This document shows positions 28,951 to 38,079 of a stretch of DNA of 58,102 nucleotides, piece after piece. The position numbers and the translations under genes were made by a program. The DNA lies in NCBI GenBank assembly GCA_903937405.1, contig CAIZZE010000032.1:1-58102 (forward strand), in the 5' to 3' direction. This DNA is from an uncultured Alphaproteobacteria bacterium (GTDB taxonomy: Bacteria; Pseudomonadota; Alphaproteobacteria; Rickettsiales; UBA1997). The notes under the pieces were generated by a model, which was not told the origin of the DNA, did no database searches, and saw only the letters and a list, made by a program, of their open reading frames with translations. The stretch's first letter is position 1. Each line of letters starts with the position of its first letter.

Positions 28951-30372
28951 TCATCTTCCGTAAATATCGCTAAAACGAATAATATCATCTTCACCCAAAT
29001 AACCGCCAGTTTGAACTTCGATCAACTCTAAAGGAATTTGCCCCTTATTTTCCAAACGATGTTTTTTCCCAACCGGAATATAAGTTGACTCATCTTCCGT
29101 CATAACAAATTCTTTACTGCCGCAAGTCACGTGCGCCGTGCCTTTAACCACTACCCAATGTTCGGCGCGGTGATTATGCATTTGCAAAGAAAGCGAAGAT
29201 TTTGGTTTCACCGTAATTCTTTTAACTTTGAAACGATCAGAAATATCGATGGTTTCAAAACTTCCCCACGGACGCAAAACTTTAGTGTGGGAATGGCATT
29301 CATCACGTTTTTGTTTTTTCAACATTTCGAACAATTCTTTTACATCTTGGGCATTGTTTTTATTGGCAACCAAAACGGTGTCTTTCAATGAAATAACAAT
29401 CAGGTTTTCAACGCCGATTGTTGCAACTAAGCCGCTGCGAGAATTGATGTAGCAATTTTTAGTTTTAACTGCAGAAACATCGCCAATCAGACTGTTTTTA
29501 TTTTCATCTTGTTTGGTAATTTCAGCAATTGCCTGCCAAGATCCAACATCAGACCAACCCACTTCAATTGGCAGTACAGCCACTTTTTCTGCTTTTTCCA
29601 TTATTGCATAATCAACAGAAATATTTGGGCATTTCTCAAAATCTTCTGCAAAAAGACGGATAAAATCCAAATCACGAACCGCTTTATTGTAGGAAATGCA
29701 GCAGCGCAAAAACATGTCATTTTGTAATTTTTGTAAAGTTTCAAGATAAGTCGAAGCTTTGAACATAAATATGCCGCTATTCCACAAATATTCGCCACTT
29801 TTTAAAAATTCTTCGGCGGTTTTTTTATTTGGTTTTTCTACGAATTTTTCAACGGTGAAGATTTCTTTAAACTTAGATAATTCTTCATCTTTTTTGATAT
29901 AGCCATAACCAGTTTCAGCCTTGTCGGGCACGATACCAAAAGTTACTAAATATTCGTCATTTGCTGCTTTGGCTGCTTTTTTTACCTGTGCTAGAAATTT
30001 TTCTTCATCTTGAATTATATGATCCGAAGGCATTACCAAAATTAAATCATCTTTTTTGGCGTGACTTGCAATCACATCGAGGGCAGCAATTGCAATGGCT
30101 GGAGCGGTGTTGCGCCCAACTGGTTCTAAAATTATAGATTTTGGAGTGATATTAATTTTTTGTAATTCTTCTGCAGCAGTAAAGCGGTGTTCATTATTAC
30201 AAACAATAATTGGCTCGTGAAAATCTTCTGAATTTTTAACTCTTAAAGCAGCTTTTTGAAACAAAGAATGTTCGCCAAAAAAATCTAAGAACTGTTTCGG
30301 GTTAAGGCTACGCGAGATCGGCCATAATCTTGTTCCCGAACCGCCGGAAAGTATAACTGGTGTAATTTTCAT
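28951..30372 (-). CDS. manC: Mannose-1-phosphate guanylyltransferase/mannose-6-phosphate isomerase
   Basis: GGSGTRLWP, FVEKP, WSDVGSW, RPWG and cupin domain. Confidence 0.96.
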   Translation of the reverse strand: MKITPVILSGGSGTRLWPISRSLNPKQFLDFFGEHSLFQKAALRVKNSEDFHEPIIVCNNEHRFTAAEELQKINITPKSIILEPVGRNTAPAIAIAALDVIASHAKKDDLILVMPSDHIIQDEEKFLAQVKKAAKAANDEYLVTFGIVPDKAETGYGYIKKDEELSKFKEIFTVEKFVEKPNKKTAEEFLKSGEYLWNSGIFMFKASTYLETLQKLQNDMFLRCCISYNKAVRDLDFIRLFAEDFEKCPNISVDYAIMEKAEKVAVLPIEVGWSDVGSWQAIAEITKQDENKNSLIGDVSAVKTKNCYINSRSGLVATIGVENLIVISLKDTVLVANKNNAQDVKELFEMLKKQKRDECHSHTKVLRPWGSFETIDISDRFKVKRITVKPKSSLSLQMHNHRAEHWVVVKGTAHVTCGSKEFVMTEDESTYIPVGKKHRLENKGQIPLELIEVQTGGYLGEDDIIRFSDIYGR

Positions 30373-30995
30373 GAAATTCCATTAAAGAGATCAATAGCGG
30401 CGAAGCCTGAAATACCAAGCTTTCTAACCGATTTTATATTCTGCGAATTAATGCCTCCAAGTGCAAAAATTTTGTGCGAAAAGTAATTGCAGTTTTTGGT
30501 TTTGAAAGCAATTTTTGCCAAATTTTTAAAACCAATTTCTTTTGTCTCCTCACGAGAAAAATCATGGCTGGTAGTTGGAAAAATTGGTGAAATCAAAATC
30601 ATGTCGGGTTTTAATTTTTGCGATCTTAAAATTGACTTAAGAGAATGGCAGGAAAAGCTGAAAATAAAATTTTTCGGAAAAGATTTTTTTATTAAAAATT
30701 GTAGCGGCAATTTATCGAAATCCGAGAAATGAACGCCATCGGCTTGAAGTTTTTTTGCCAGCAAAATATCTTTTCCAATCAATATTTTCAGAGCTCGCAG
30801 CTTGGCTAATTTAATAATTTCTCGAGCAAATTCTTCTCGTGATTTTTGATCCAAATCATATTCACGAATGATGATTGTAGAATTTTTCGGCAGGCTTTTA
30901 ATGATTTTTTTAAAGTCGGAAATTTTTTTGCGGTCGGTTAAAAAAACCGGCGGGCAAGGAAATTTATTTATCTCAAACAAAATTTTTTGATTCAT
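30369..30995 (-). CDS. Thiamine phosphate synthase/TenI-like protein
   Basis: ADGVH, SCHS, SPIFPTTSH, ALGGIN. Confidence 0.8.
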   Translation of the reverse strand: MNQKILFEINKFPCPPVFLTDRKKISDFKKIIKSLPKNSTIIIREYDLDQKSREEFAREIIKLAKLRALKILIGKDILLAKKLQADGVHFSDFDKLPLQFLIKKSFPKNFIFSFSCHSLKSILRSQKLKPDMILISPIFPTTSHDFSREETKEIGFKNLAKIAFKTKNCNYFSHKIFALGGINSQNIKSVRKLGISGFAAIDLFNGIS

Positions 30996-31671
30996 GTTAA
31001 ACCAGATAGAACGTAATTTATTTTTGATTAAGGATAAAATTAAAAGCGCTTGTAAAATCTACAGTCGAGATGCTGCAAGAGTCAACTTAATTGCGGTTTC
31101 AAAAACAATTTCAGCAGAAAAAATTCGCGAGACGATTAAAGCTGGCTGCAATATTTTTGGTGAAAATTACATCAAAGAAGCAGAAGAAAAATGGCCGCAA
31201 ATCAAAAAAGATTTTCCAGAAATTAAATTACATTTTATTGGAAATTTGCAAAGTAACAAAGCGGCGCAAGCAGTTGATTTGTTTGATTCTATTCAAACTT
31301 TAGATAGCGAAAAACTGGCTTTGGTTTTGAAAAAAGAAATTCTCAAAAAAAATAAAAACCCCGAAATTTTTATTCAGGTAAATATTGGTGAAGAAGAGCA
31401 AAAAAACGGAATTGCTCCAGAAAAAGTAAAAGATTTTATAAAATTTTCCCGCGATGAATGCGGCTTAAATATTGTTGGATTAATGTGCATTCCGCCAGCC
31501 AATGAATCTGCCACGCCTTATTTCGCCTTACTCGCCAAACTTGCCCGCGAAAATAGCCTAGAAAAATTATCAATGGGAATGAGCTCAGATTTCGAAGAAG
31601 CAATCGCACTCGGCGCAAATTATGTAAGAGTAGGAACCGCAATTTTCGGAGAACGGAAAGTCGCGCTGTAG
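30994..31671 (+). CDS. yggS: PLP homeostasis protein YggS
   Basis: IAVSKT, FGENY, HFIGNLQSNK, LSMGMS, VRVGTAIFG. Confidence 0.95.
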   Translation: MLNQIERNLFLIKDKIKSACKIYSRDAARVNLIAVSKTISAEKIRETIKAGCNIFGENYIKEAEEKWPQIKKDFPEIKLHFIGNLQSNKAAQAVDLFDSIQTLDSEKLALVLKKEILKKNKNPEIFIQVNIGEEEQKNGIAPEKVKDFIKFSRDECGLNIVGLMCIPPANESATPYFALLAKLARENSLEKLSMGMSSDFEEAIALGANYVRVGTAIFGERKVAL

Positions 31672-31687
31672 CTTCAGCGAAAGCGGA

Positions 31688-31764
31688 TGGTGTGCCCTAG
31701 ACGATTCGAACGTCTGACCTACAGCTTAGAAGGCTGTTGCTCTATCCAGCTGAGCTAAGGGCAC
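31688..31764 (-). tRNA. tRNA-Arg(TCT)
   Basis: GTGCCCT acceptor stem, ACAGC-CTTCTAA-GCTGT anticodon arm, GTTCGAAT, CCA. Confidence 0.97.
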
Positions 31765-31920
31765 CTGCTGTAAAATTGGAAGGGCATGCTTTTTAAGAAT
31801 GCGCTTGGAAAAATCAATCGATAACTTCTAAAGATTGATTTATTTGCAAAAATTACAAAACATTTCCAAAAAAAACCTCTATACTTTTGAAAGCCCTGCC
31901 GGTAAAAAGTTGATCCCGTC

Positions 31921-32087
31921 TTAGAACATGTCCACCATCTTTTTTAACCCCATATTTCGCCCTATTTTTGCTTATTTTTTGACAAAAATTATTCAAAATA
32001 TATCCAGATATTTATCATAATTTTGTCAAAAAAGCGCTAAAAATATGCCAAAATCTGTGGTTAAAAAAGATGGTGGACAGGTTCTTA
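31921..32087. mobile_element. MITE-like palindromic element with TTA duplication upstream of glnA
   Basis: TTA|GAACATGTCCACCATCTTTTTTAACC ... GGTTAAAAAAGATGGTGGACAGGTTC|TTA; TIR 25/26; internal inverted repeats. Confidence 0.8.
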
Positions 32088-32146
32088 ACACGACCGACAC
32101 ATCCGCTGTCGTTCTTTTTCTCATATAAAATAAAATTTCTCTAAGC

Positions 32147-33565
32147 ATGTCAAAGGCATCTGGCGTTTCTGCTATTTTTGATTTAGTCAAAAATAGCAAC
32201 ATTAAATTTATCGATTTCCGTTTTTCTGATTATAACGGCAAATGGCTTCATATCAGCCATTGCGCTGATCAAGTTGATGAAGAAGCTTTATTAAAAGGTG
32301 TGGCGTTTGATGGTTCTTCGGTTCCAGCTTGGAAAGAAGTTAATGATTCAGACATGATTTTAATGCCGCAACTAGATACCGTTTTTCTTGATCCTTTTGC
32401 AACTCATCCAACTTTGGTAATTACTTGCGATGTTTTTGAGCCAGCAACTGGAAAAGGTTATGATCGCGACCCGAGATTCACTGCTAAAAAAGCGGAAGAA
32501 TATTTGAAACAAAGTGGAATTGGCGATGTTGCTTATTTCGGACCAGAACCAGAATTTTTCGTTTTTGATGATGTGCGTTTCGACGTCGGAACTCACGGCG
32601 TTTCGCACTCAATTGATTCAGAAGAAGCTCCACACAATTCTAAAAAAATTATCGAAGGTGGAAATTTGGGCCGCAGATCGCCAATTAAAGGTGCTTATTT
32701 TGATCCGTCTCCAATTGATTCTGGTCAAGATTTACGCGGTGAAATGGTTGAAACTATGCGTCAAGTTGATTTGATACCACTTTTGCACCATCACGAAGTT
32801 GCCAACGCTCAATTTGAAATCGGTTTCAAATATAGCACTTTAACCGGAACGGCAGATAACATTCAAAAATTCAAATATGTAATTCACAATGTTTGCCAAG
32901 CTTATGGCAAAACTGCAACTTTCATGCCGAAACCAATTTATGCTGATAATGGTTCGGGCATGCACGTTCACCAGTCAATCTGGAAAGATGGTCAAAATCT
33001 TTTCATGGGAAATTCTCATGCCAATCTTTCTGAATTAGCATTATATTACATCGGCGGCATCATTAAACATGCCAAAGCAATTAACGCTTTCTCAAACGCT
33101 ACAACTAACAGCTACAAGCGTTTGGTTGCAGGCTATGAAGCTCCGGTAATGTTGGCTTATTCGGCAAAAAACCGTTCGGCATCAATTCGTATTCCGCATG
33201 TTACTAACGAAAAAGCACGCAGAATTGAAGCTCGTTTCCCAGATCCGGCTTCAAATCCTTACTTAACTTGCTCGGCACTTTTGATGGCTGGTCTTGATGG
33301 AATTAAAAATAAAATTCACCCAGGTGAGCCAAAAAATCAGGATCTTTATCACTTGCCAGAAAAAGAATTGAAAAAAATCCCGACAGTTGCTCGTTCACTG
33401 CGTGACGCTTTGACTGCTTTGGATAAAGATAGAGGATTCCTGCTTGAAGGCGGCGTGTTTACTAACGATCAAATCGATGCTTATATCGAATTGAAATTGA
33501 AAGAAGTTGAAAGATATGAGCAAATTCCACATCCAGTAGAATTTGAAATGTATTATAACAATTAA
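32147..33565 (+). CDS. glnA: Glutamine synthetase type I
   Basis: FDGSS, GPEPEFF, HHHEVA, FMPKP, NGSGMHVHQS, NRSASIRIP. Confidence 0.98.
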   Translation: MSKASGVSAIFDLVKNSNIKFIDFRFSDYNGKWLHISHCADQVDEEALLKGVAFDGSSVPAWKEVNDSDMILMPQLDTVFLDPFATHPTLVITCDVFEPATGKGYDRDPRFTAKKAEEYLKQSGIGDVAYFGPEPEFFVFDDVRFDVGTHGVSHSIDSEEAPHNSKKIIEGGNLGRRSPIKGAYFDPSPIDSGQDLRGEMVETMRQVDLIPLLHHHEVANAQFEIGFKYSTLTGTADNIQKFKYVIHNVCQAYGKTATFMPKPIYADNGSGMHVHQSIWKDGQNLFMGNSHANLSELALYYIGGIIKHAKAINAFSNATTNSYKRLVAGYEAPVMLAYSAKNRSASIRIPHVTNEKARRIEARFPDPASNPYLTCSALLMAGLDGIKNKIHPGEPKNQDLYHLPEKELKKIPTVARSLRDALTALDKDRGFLLEGGVFTNDQIDAYIELKLKEVERYEQIPHPVEFEMYYNN

Positions 33566-33593
33566 AAAGCTGCGCTTTTTAATTCTAAATTGA

Positions 33594-33627
33594 GTCGGAT
33601 TTTTGAGGGCGGCCTCAAAAATCCGAC
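33594..33627 (+). terminator. Hairpin after glnA
   Basis: Perfect 15-bp stem GTCGGATTTTTGAGG with GCGG loop; T-run a few bases downstream. Confidence 0.7.
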
Positions 33628-33668
33628 AAAATATTTTTTTTTCACCATAAAATAAACCAACCATCACC

Positions 33669-35183
33669 ATGGTAGCCAAAGTAAAAACCTTCTCCTTCAT
33701 CGGAATCGATGTTGCTGTAATCGATGTTCAGGTAAAAATTTCACCCGGAATGTCCAGCTTCACTATTGTTGGACTTCCCGACAAAGCAGTTGGCGAATCA
33801 AAAGAGCGCGTTCGCGCCGCAATCTCTTCCACAGGACTTTCTTGGCCTTATAAAAAAATCACCGTCAATTTAGCGCCAGCCGATTTACAAAAAGAAGGTA
33901 GTCATTTTGATCTCGCGATTGCGCTTGGAATTATGATCGAAATTGGTGTTTTATCTCAAGAAAATATCGATGATTTTTTTGTTCTCGGCGAGCTCTCGCT
34001 TGATGGAACAATCAATTCAGTTAGTGGAATAATTTCTGCTGCAATTGGTGCTAATCAAAGAAATTTTGGAATTATTTGTCCCAAAGAAAATGGTCGCGAA
34101 GCTGCTTGGGCTGGACATTTACCAATTATTGCCGCGCCAGATTTAATGACTTTGATTAATCATTTAAAGGGTGAGCAAATTTTAGCTCGTCCCGAAACAA
34201 GCAGAATTGTTGAAGAGAAAAATTATCCCGATTTGCTTGATGTCAAAGGACAAGACATTCCAAAGCGCGCTTTAGAAATTGCTGCTGCCGGCGGACATAA
34301 TCTTTTAATGGTTGGACCACCCGGAACTGGAAAATCAATGTTAGCGTCGCGTTTGCCGGGAATTTTACCAGTTTGTGAATTAGAAGAAATTCTTGAAATA
34401 AACATGATTCACAGCGTGAGCGGAAAAATTATCGATGGAAAATTAATTACGGCGCGACCTTACCGCGAAGTTCATCATTCCTGCTCAATGCCTGCAATGG
34501 TTGGTGGCGGAACAAAAGCCAAACCTGGTGAGATTTCTTTGGCGCATAATGGAGTTTTATTTTTGGATGAATTGGCAGAATTTCCGCGTCAGGTTTTAGA
34601 TTCGCTGCGCCAGCCTTTAGAAACTGGCAATGTTAGTATTTCGCGGGTTAATTCGCACATAACTTATCCGGCGAATTTTCAATTGGTAACGGCGATGAAT
34701 CCTTGTCGCTGTGGTTATTTGGGCGATGGAGCGCGCGAGTGTAAAAAAGCGCCGGTTTGTGGAGAAGATTATAAAAATAAAATTTCCGGACCACTTTTAG
34801 ATCGTATCGATATTTCGATAAATGTGGCGCAGGTTGATATTTTTACGCTGGGAAATTTGAAAAAAGGTGAAAGTTCAAAAGTAGTTGCAGCCAGAGTTTT
34901 AAAGGCGCGGAACTTACAGAAAAAAAGATATGAAGCTGAAATAGAAATGCAGAATTCACCAAAAATAAATTCACGAATTGATGGTAAAATTTTAGAAAAA
35001 TTTTGTGAACTTGATGATGAATCGCAAAAAATTCTGCAAAATTCGGTGCAAAAAATGCAAAGTTCAATGCGCGGAATAACCAGAATTTTAAGGGTTGCGC
35101 GAACTATTGCAGATTTAGAAGAATCAGAAAAAATTAATAAAAATCATTTATTGGAAGCAATTTCTTATCGCCGCAAAATTTAA
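33669..35183 (+). CDS. comM: YifB/ComM Mg-chelatase-like AAA ATPase
   Basis: VGLPDKAV.ES, GGHNLLMVGPPGTGKS, PGEISLAHNGVLFLDE, MNPCRCG. Confidence 0.92.
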   Translation: MVAKVKTFSFIGIDVAVIDVQVKISPGMSSFTIVGLPDKAVGESKERVRAAISSTGLSWPYKKITVNLAPADLQKEGSHFDLAIALGIMIEIGVLSQENIDDFFVLGELSLDGTINSVSGIISAAIGANQRNFGIICPKENGREAAWAGHLPIIAAPDLMTLINHLKGEQILARPETSRIVEEKNYPDLLDVKGQDIPKRALEIAAAGGHNLLMVGPPGTGKSMLASRLPGILPVCELEEILEINMIHSVSGKIIDGKLITARPYREVHHSCSMPAMVGGGTKAKPGEISLAHNGVLFLDELAEFPRQVLDSLRQPLETGNVSISRVNSHITYPANFQLVTAMNPCRCGYLGDGARECKKAPVCGEDYKNKISGPLLDRIDISINVAQVDIFTLGNLKKGESSKVVAARVLKARNLQKKRYEAEIEMQNSPKINSRIDGKILEKFCELDDESQKILQNSVQKMQSSMRGITRILRVARTIADLEESEKINKNHLLEAISYRRKI

Positions 35184-35905
35184 AGATCGGATATTTTGCT
35201 AATTTCCTCAACAACCAAATCTCTAAACTTCGAAACATCGCTCAAATGCGGTGCGTGACCACAATTATGAAAGATTTCCAAACGAAAATTCTTTATTCTT
35301 TCTTTAAAATATTCTGCTTGTGAAGCGTGAACAATCATATCTCCCGCGCCTTGAAAGAAAAGAGTTCGCGGCATGTTTGTAAAATCTACATCAAAGCAGG
35401 AAAAGCGACTTAATTCTTCGAGCCAAAATTTTAATTGGGCAAAATTTTTATCATTAATATCGAGAGTTTTAGCAATTTCTTTGGCGCTACGATCATTCAT
35501 CGCAGTTAAAATTGAAAATTGTTTCAGCGTTTGGGTTGGTGCTTTGACAAAATTTCCGTAAAATTCATCAAAGGAATTTTGCGACATTCCAGCGTGAACG
35601 CGGCTGTCTTTTAACATCTGAAAAGGTGGCGCGATTAAAATTAATAATTTCGGATTGAGAATTCTTTTTTCAATCAAACGCACAGCTAGTTGTCCACCAA
35701 GGCTCCACCCAATCAGAATTTCGGGATTTAATTTTTGTGCAGCAATTTCAGCAAAAAGTTTTTCAACATTATCAAAAGCAAAATAGTCAAAAGAAGACAC
35801 AAAAAAAGGGTCAGAAAAAGATTCGCTGAAAATAGTTTCCAGCGAATCAAATTTTTGACCCCAGCCCGTTAAACAAAGTATTGGGCGAGAATTTTTTTTA
35901 GACAA
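35180..35905 (-). CDS. Alpha/beta hydrolase, BioH-like
   Basis: GWG, GWSLGG nucleophile elbow, D and GHAPH complete the triad. Confidence 0.75.
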   Translation of the reverse strand: MSKKNSRPILCLTGWGQKFDSLETIFSESFSDPFFVSSFDYFAFDNVEKLFAEIAAQKLNPEILIGWSLGGQLAVRLIEKRILNPKLLILIAPPFQMLKDSRVHAGMSQNSFDEFYGNFVKAPTQTLKQFSILTAMNDRSAKEIAKTLDINDKNFAQLKFWLEELSRFSCFDVDFTNMPRTLFFQGAGDMIVHASQAEYFKERIKNFRLEIFHNCGHAPHLSDVSKFRDLVVEEISKISDL

Positions 35906-35907
35906 TT

Positions 35908-36180
35908 TTATTCGGCTTTATTTCCGCCAACAAAATCAAAATTACCAAATTTGCTTTTGAATTTAGTAAGTCTCTCGTTGCTTGCGTTAACGAAGTTTTG
36001 AGCTTTATCGTGCCAAGCTGGATGATTTTTTGGATCAACGTCTAATTTTAGAGTATCGCCTTCTTTGCCCCAAGTGGTAAAAATTTGAAACTTGGTTCCA
36101 TCAGTCATTACAATATTAACTATATGTTGTTTCGGATCAATTCCAGCAGCAGCTGTTTTTGGAAGTTTTGCTTGTGACAT
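35908..36180 (-). CDS. rpmE: 50S ribosomal protein L31 (Cys-free type)
   Basis: VMTDGT..TWGKEGDTLKLDVDPKNHPAW. Confidence 0.93.
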   Translation of the reverse strand: MSQAKLPKTAAAGIDPKQHIVNIVMTDGTKFQIFTTWGKEGDTLKLDVDPKNHPAWHDKAQNFVNASNERLTKFKSKFGNFDFVGGNKAE

Positions 36181-36420
36181 AATTTTGTTGATTTGTGTTT
36201 TCTTGTATAACTATCAAATAAGGGGCGCGCAAATTAAGAGGATAAGTTTTTTAGTCAATCCCTTAATTTAATAGTTGCCGCATAAAAATCTTGACATTGG
36301 GGAGCTGGTCTTAACAATGACTCACAGTTTATATTAAATTTTAATGCGGCTAAATCCCGATCAACCTTTACACCTCTAAGCTCACCACACAGCTTACACA
36401 TTTTAGTAACAACGAAAATT

Positions 36421-37659
36421 TTGATGAAAAACAGCTATTTTTTGAAGAAAAAAATATCAGCTACAGTTAAGTCTCTTGGTCTTTTTTTAGTAAAAGCACT
36501 TGTTAGTTTTTATAAATTTGCTTTTGCCAAAAGAACCATTCTTTTTGTTACCAACAATAAGATCAGAACCTTTACTTTAGGACCGATTCCGCAAATCTGC
36601 ACTTTGCTATTCCTTGTTTGGGTAGGAAATATTTTTGCCCAAACCATGCGTTATGATGAAGTTATTGAAGCGAAAGCAGAGGAAATCAGCAAATTAAGAT
36701 CAGCTAATAACTACTTCGAAGATGAATTTGAAGAAGTGAACGAAAAGTTAAAAAAGATTAATGAATATCTGGCTTCAATTACTGGTAATGCTCAAGCGGT
36801 AAAAGGTGAAGAGTCGCAATTTAAACAGCCAAAAAACTTCAAAGAAGAAGATTTATCCAGACGCGATAAACATACTTTAAATCAAATTAAAGATGTTGAA
36901 AGTCAGCTTTCCACTATTCAATCAATCACTCAAACCAGAATTAAGAAAATCGAAAACGCAATGGCGGTTACTGGTTTAAATATCAAAAAAATTCCACCAA
37001 AAGCTTTGCAAAAAAAATCTGGAGAAGTGAAGGAAATTTCTCTTAACGGCAAAAAAGGAATTATTGATAGACAAGGCGGACCTCTTGATTTGGACAGTCA
37101 TTCCATGGATTCAATGATTGTTTCAAATGCTTCTGAAGAAAGTTTGGAAGAGCATTTAGAAAATATCAAATTTTCTTCTGAACTCGATTATTTAATGGTG
37201 CTAGAAAAAATCGCTATTGTGATGCCATTTGCCAAACCAATGAAAAATTATTATATTTCAAGCGGCTTTGGAACTAGAGCTGATCCAATTACCGGCAGAA
37301 TGGCCTCGCATCATGGTCTTGATTTTGTTGGTGTAACTAATGAAAAAATTATCAGCCCATCGAAAGGAAAAGTTATTTTAGCTGGTCAATTTAGCGGCTA
37401 TGGAAATGCTATCGTAATTGATCATGGTTTTGGTGTTACAACGCGCTACGGGCATTTATCGGCAGTTAAAGTTACCGAGGGTCAAATGGTAAAACAAGGT
37501 GACGTAATCGCTCTTCAGGGAAGCACGGGACGAAGCACTGGAGCGCATTTACATTACGAAGTGAGATATAAAAACATACCGCTTAATCCGAGAAGATTTT
37601 TAGAAGCCGGAGAATCTTTATTTAATGATGATAAGAGTGCAAAATATGCCAATAGCTGA
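36421..37659 (+). CDS. M23 endopeptidase with TM and coiled coil (LmdC-like)
   Basis: ISSGFGTRADP, HHGLD, YGHL, GRSTGAHLHYEV. Confidence 0.92.
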   Translation: MMKNSYFLKKKISATVKSLGLFLVKALVSFYKFAFAKRTILFVTNNKIRTFTLGPIPQICTLLFLVWVGNIFAQTMRYDEVIEAKAEEISKLRSANNYFEDEFEEVNEKLKKINEYLASITGNAQAVKGEESQFKQPKNFKEEDLSRRDKHTLNQIKDVESQLSTIQSITQTRIKKIENAMAVTGLNIKKIPPKALQKKSGEVKEISLNGKKGIIDRQGGPLDLDSHSMDSMIVSNASEESLEEHLENIKFSSELDYLMVLEKIAIVMPFAKPMKNYYISSGFGTRADPITGRMASHHGLDFVGVTNEKIISPSKGKVILAGQFSGYGNAIVIDHGFGVTTRYGHLSAVKVTEGQMVKQGDVIALQGSTGRSTGAHLHYEVRYKNIPLNPRRFLEAGESLFNDDKSAKYANS

Positions 37660-38074
37660 TCTTAAAGCCAAATTTTTCCCACCAATGACTCAAAATAATC
37701 CAAACGCAGACAACGCTAAAGTTATCTCAAAAAAACTTGAATCCATTAGCGCCAATTTCAAATCAACTCCAACAATTATTTCGCGCGATCTGCGTATTGA
37801 AGGAGAAATTATCAGCCCAGGATTAATCGAAATTGAAGGTAATATTAAAGGTACGATTAAAGGTAATTCAGTAATCCTGCGCGAAGATGGTGTGGTGGAA
37901 GGAGTTATAATTGCAGAAGTTTTAAGCATCCGCGGCAAGTTTGATGGCACGATTCGCGCCAAAAATTTGAATATCGCAGCTAAAGCCAGAATTACCGGAA
38001 CAATTGAATATGATCTATTATCCGTTGAAGACGGAGCTTGTATTGATGGGCAGTTTAAGCGTTTAGAAAAATAA
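37646..38074 (+). CDS. Bactofilin
   Basis: TIISRDLRIEGEI...LSVEDGACIDG beta-helix pattern; overlaps the M23 gene by 14 bp. Confidence 0.9.
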   Translation: MPIADLKAKFFPPMTQNNPNADNAKVISKKLESISANFKSTPTIISRDLRIEGEIISPGLIEIEGNIKGTIKGNSVILREDGVVEGVIIAEVLSIRGKFDGTIRAKNLNIAAKARITGTIEYDLLSVEDGACIDGQFKRLEK

Positions 38075-38079
38075 TTTTA

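Noticed and set aside
31890-32146. Glutamine riboswitch upstream of glnA
   Set aside because: The GC-rich flanks of the MITE do not match the glnA-motif consensus as I recall it; an Rfam/Infernal scan with and without the MITE would decide.
36270-36352. Imperfect inverted repeat and TTGACA upstream of the M23 gene; possible CtrA box
   Set aside because: No TTAA-N7-TTAA or well-spaced -10 found, and the pairing is weak in AT-rich DNA.
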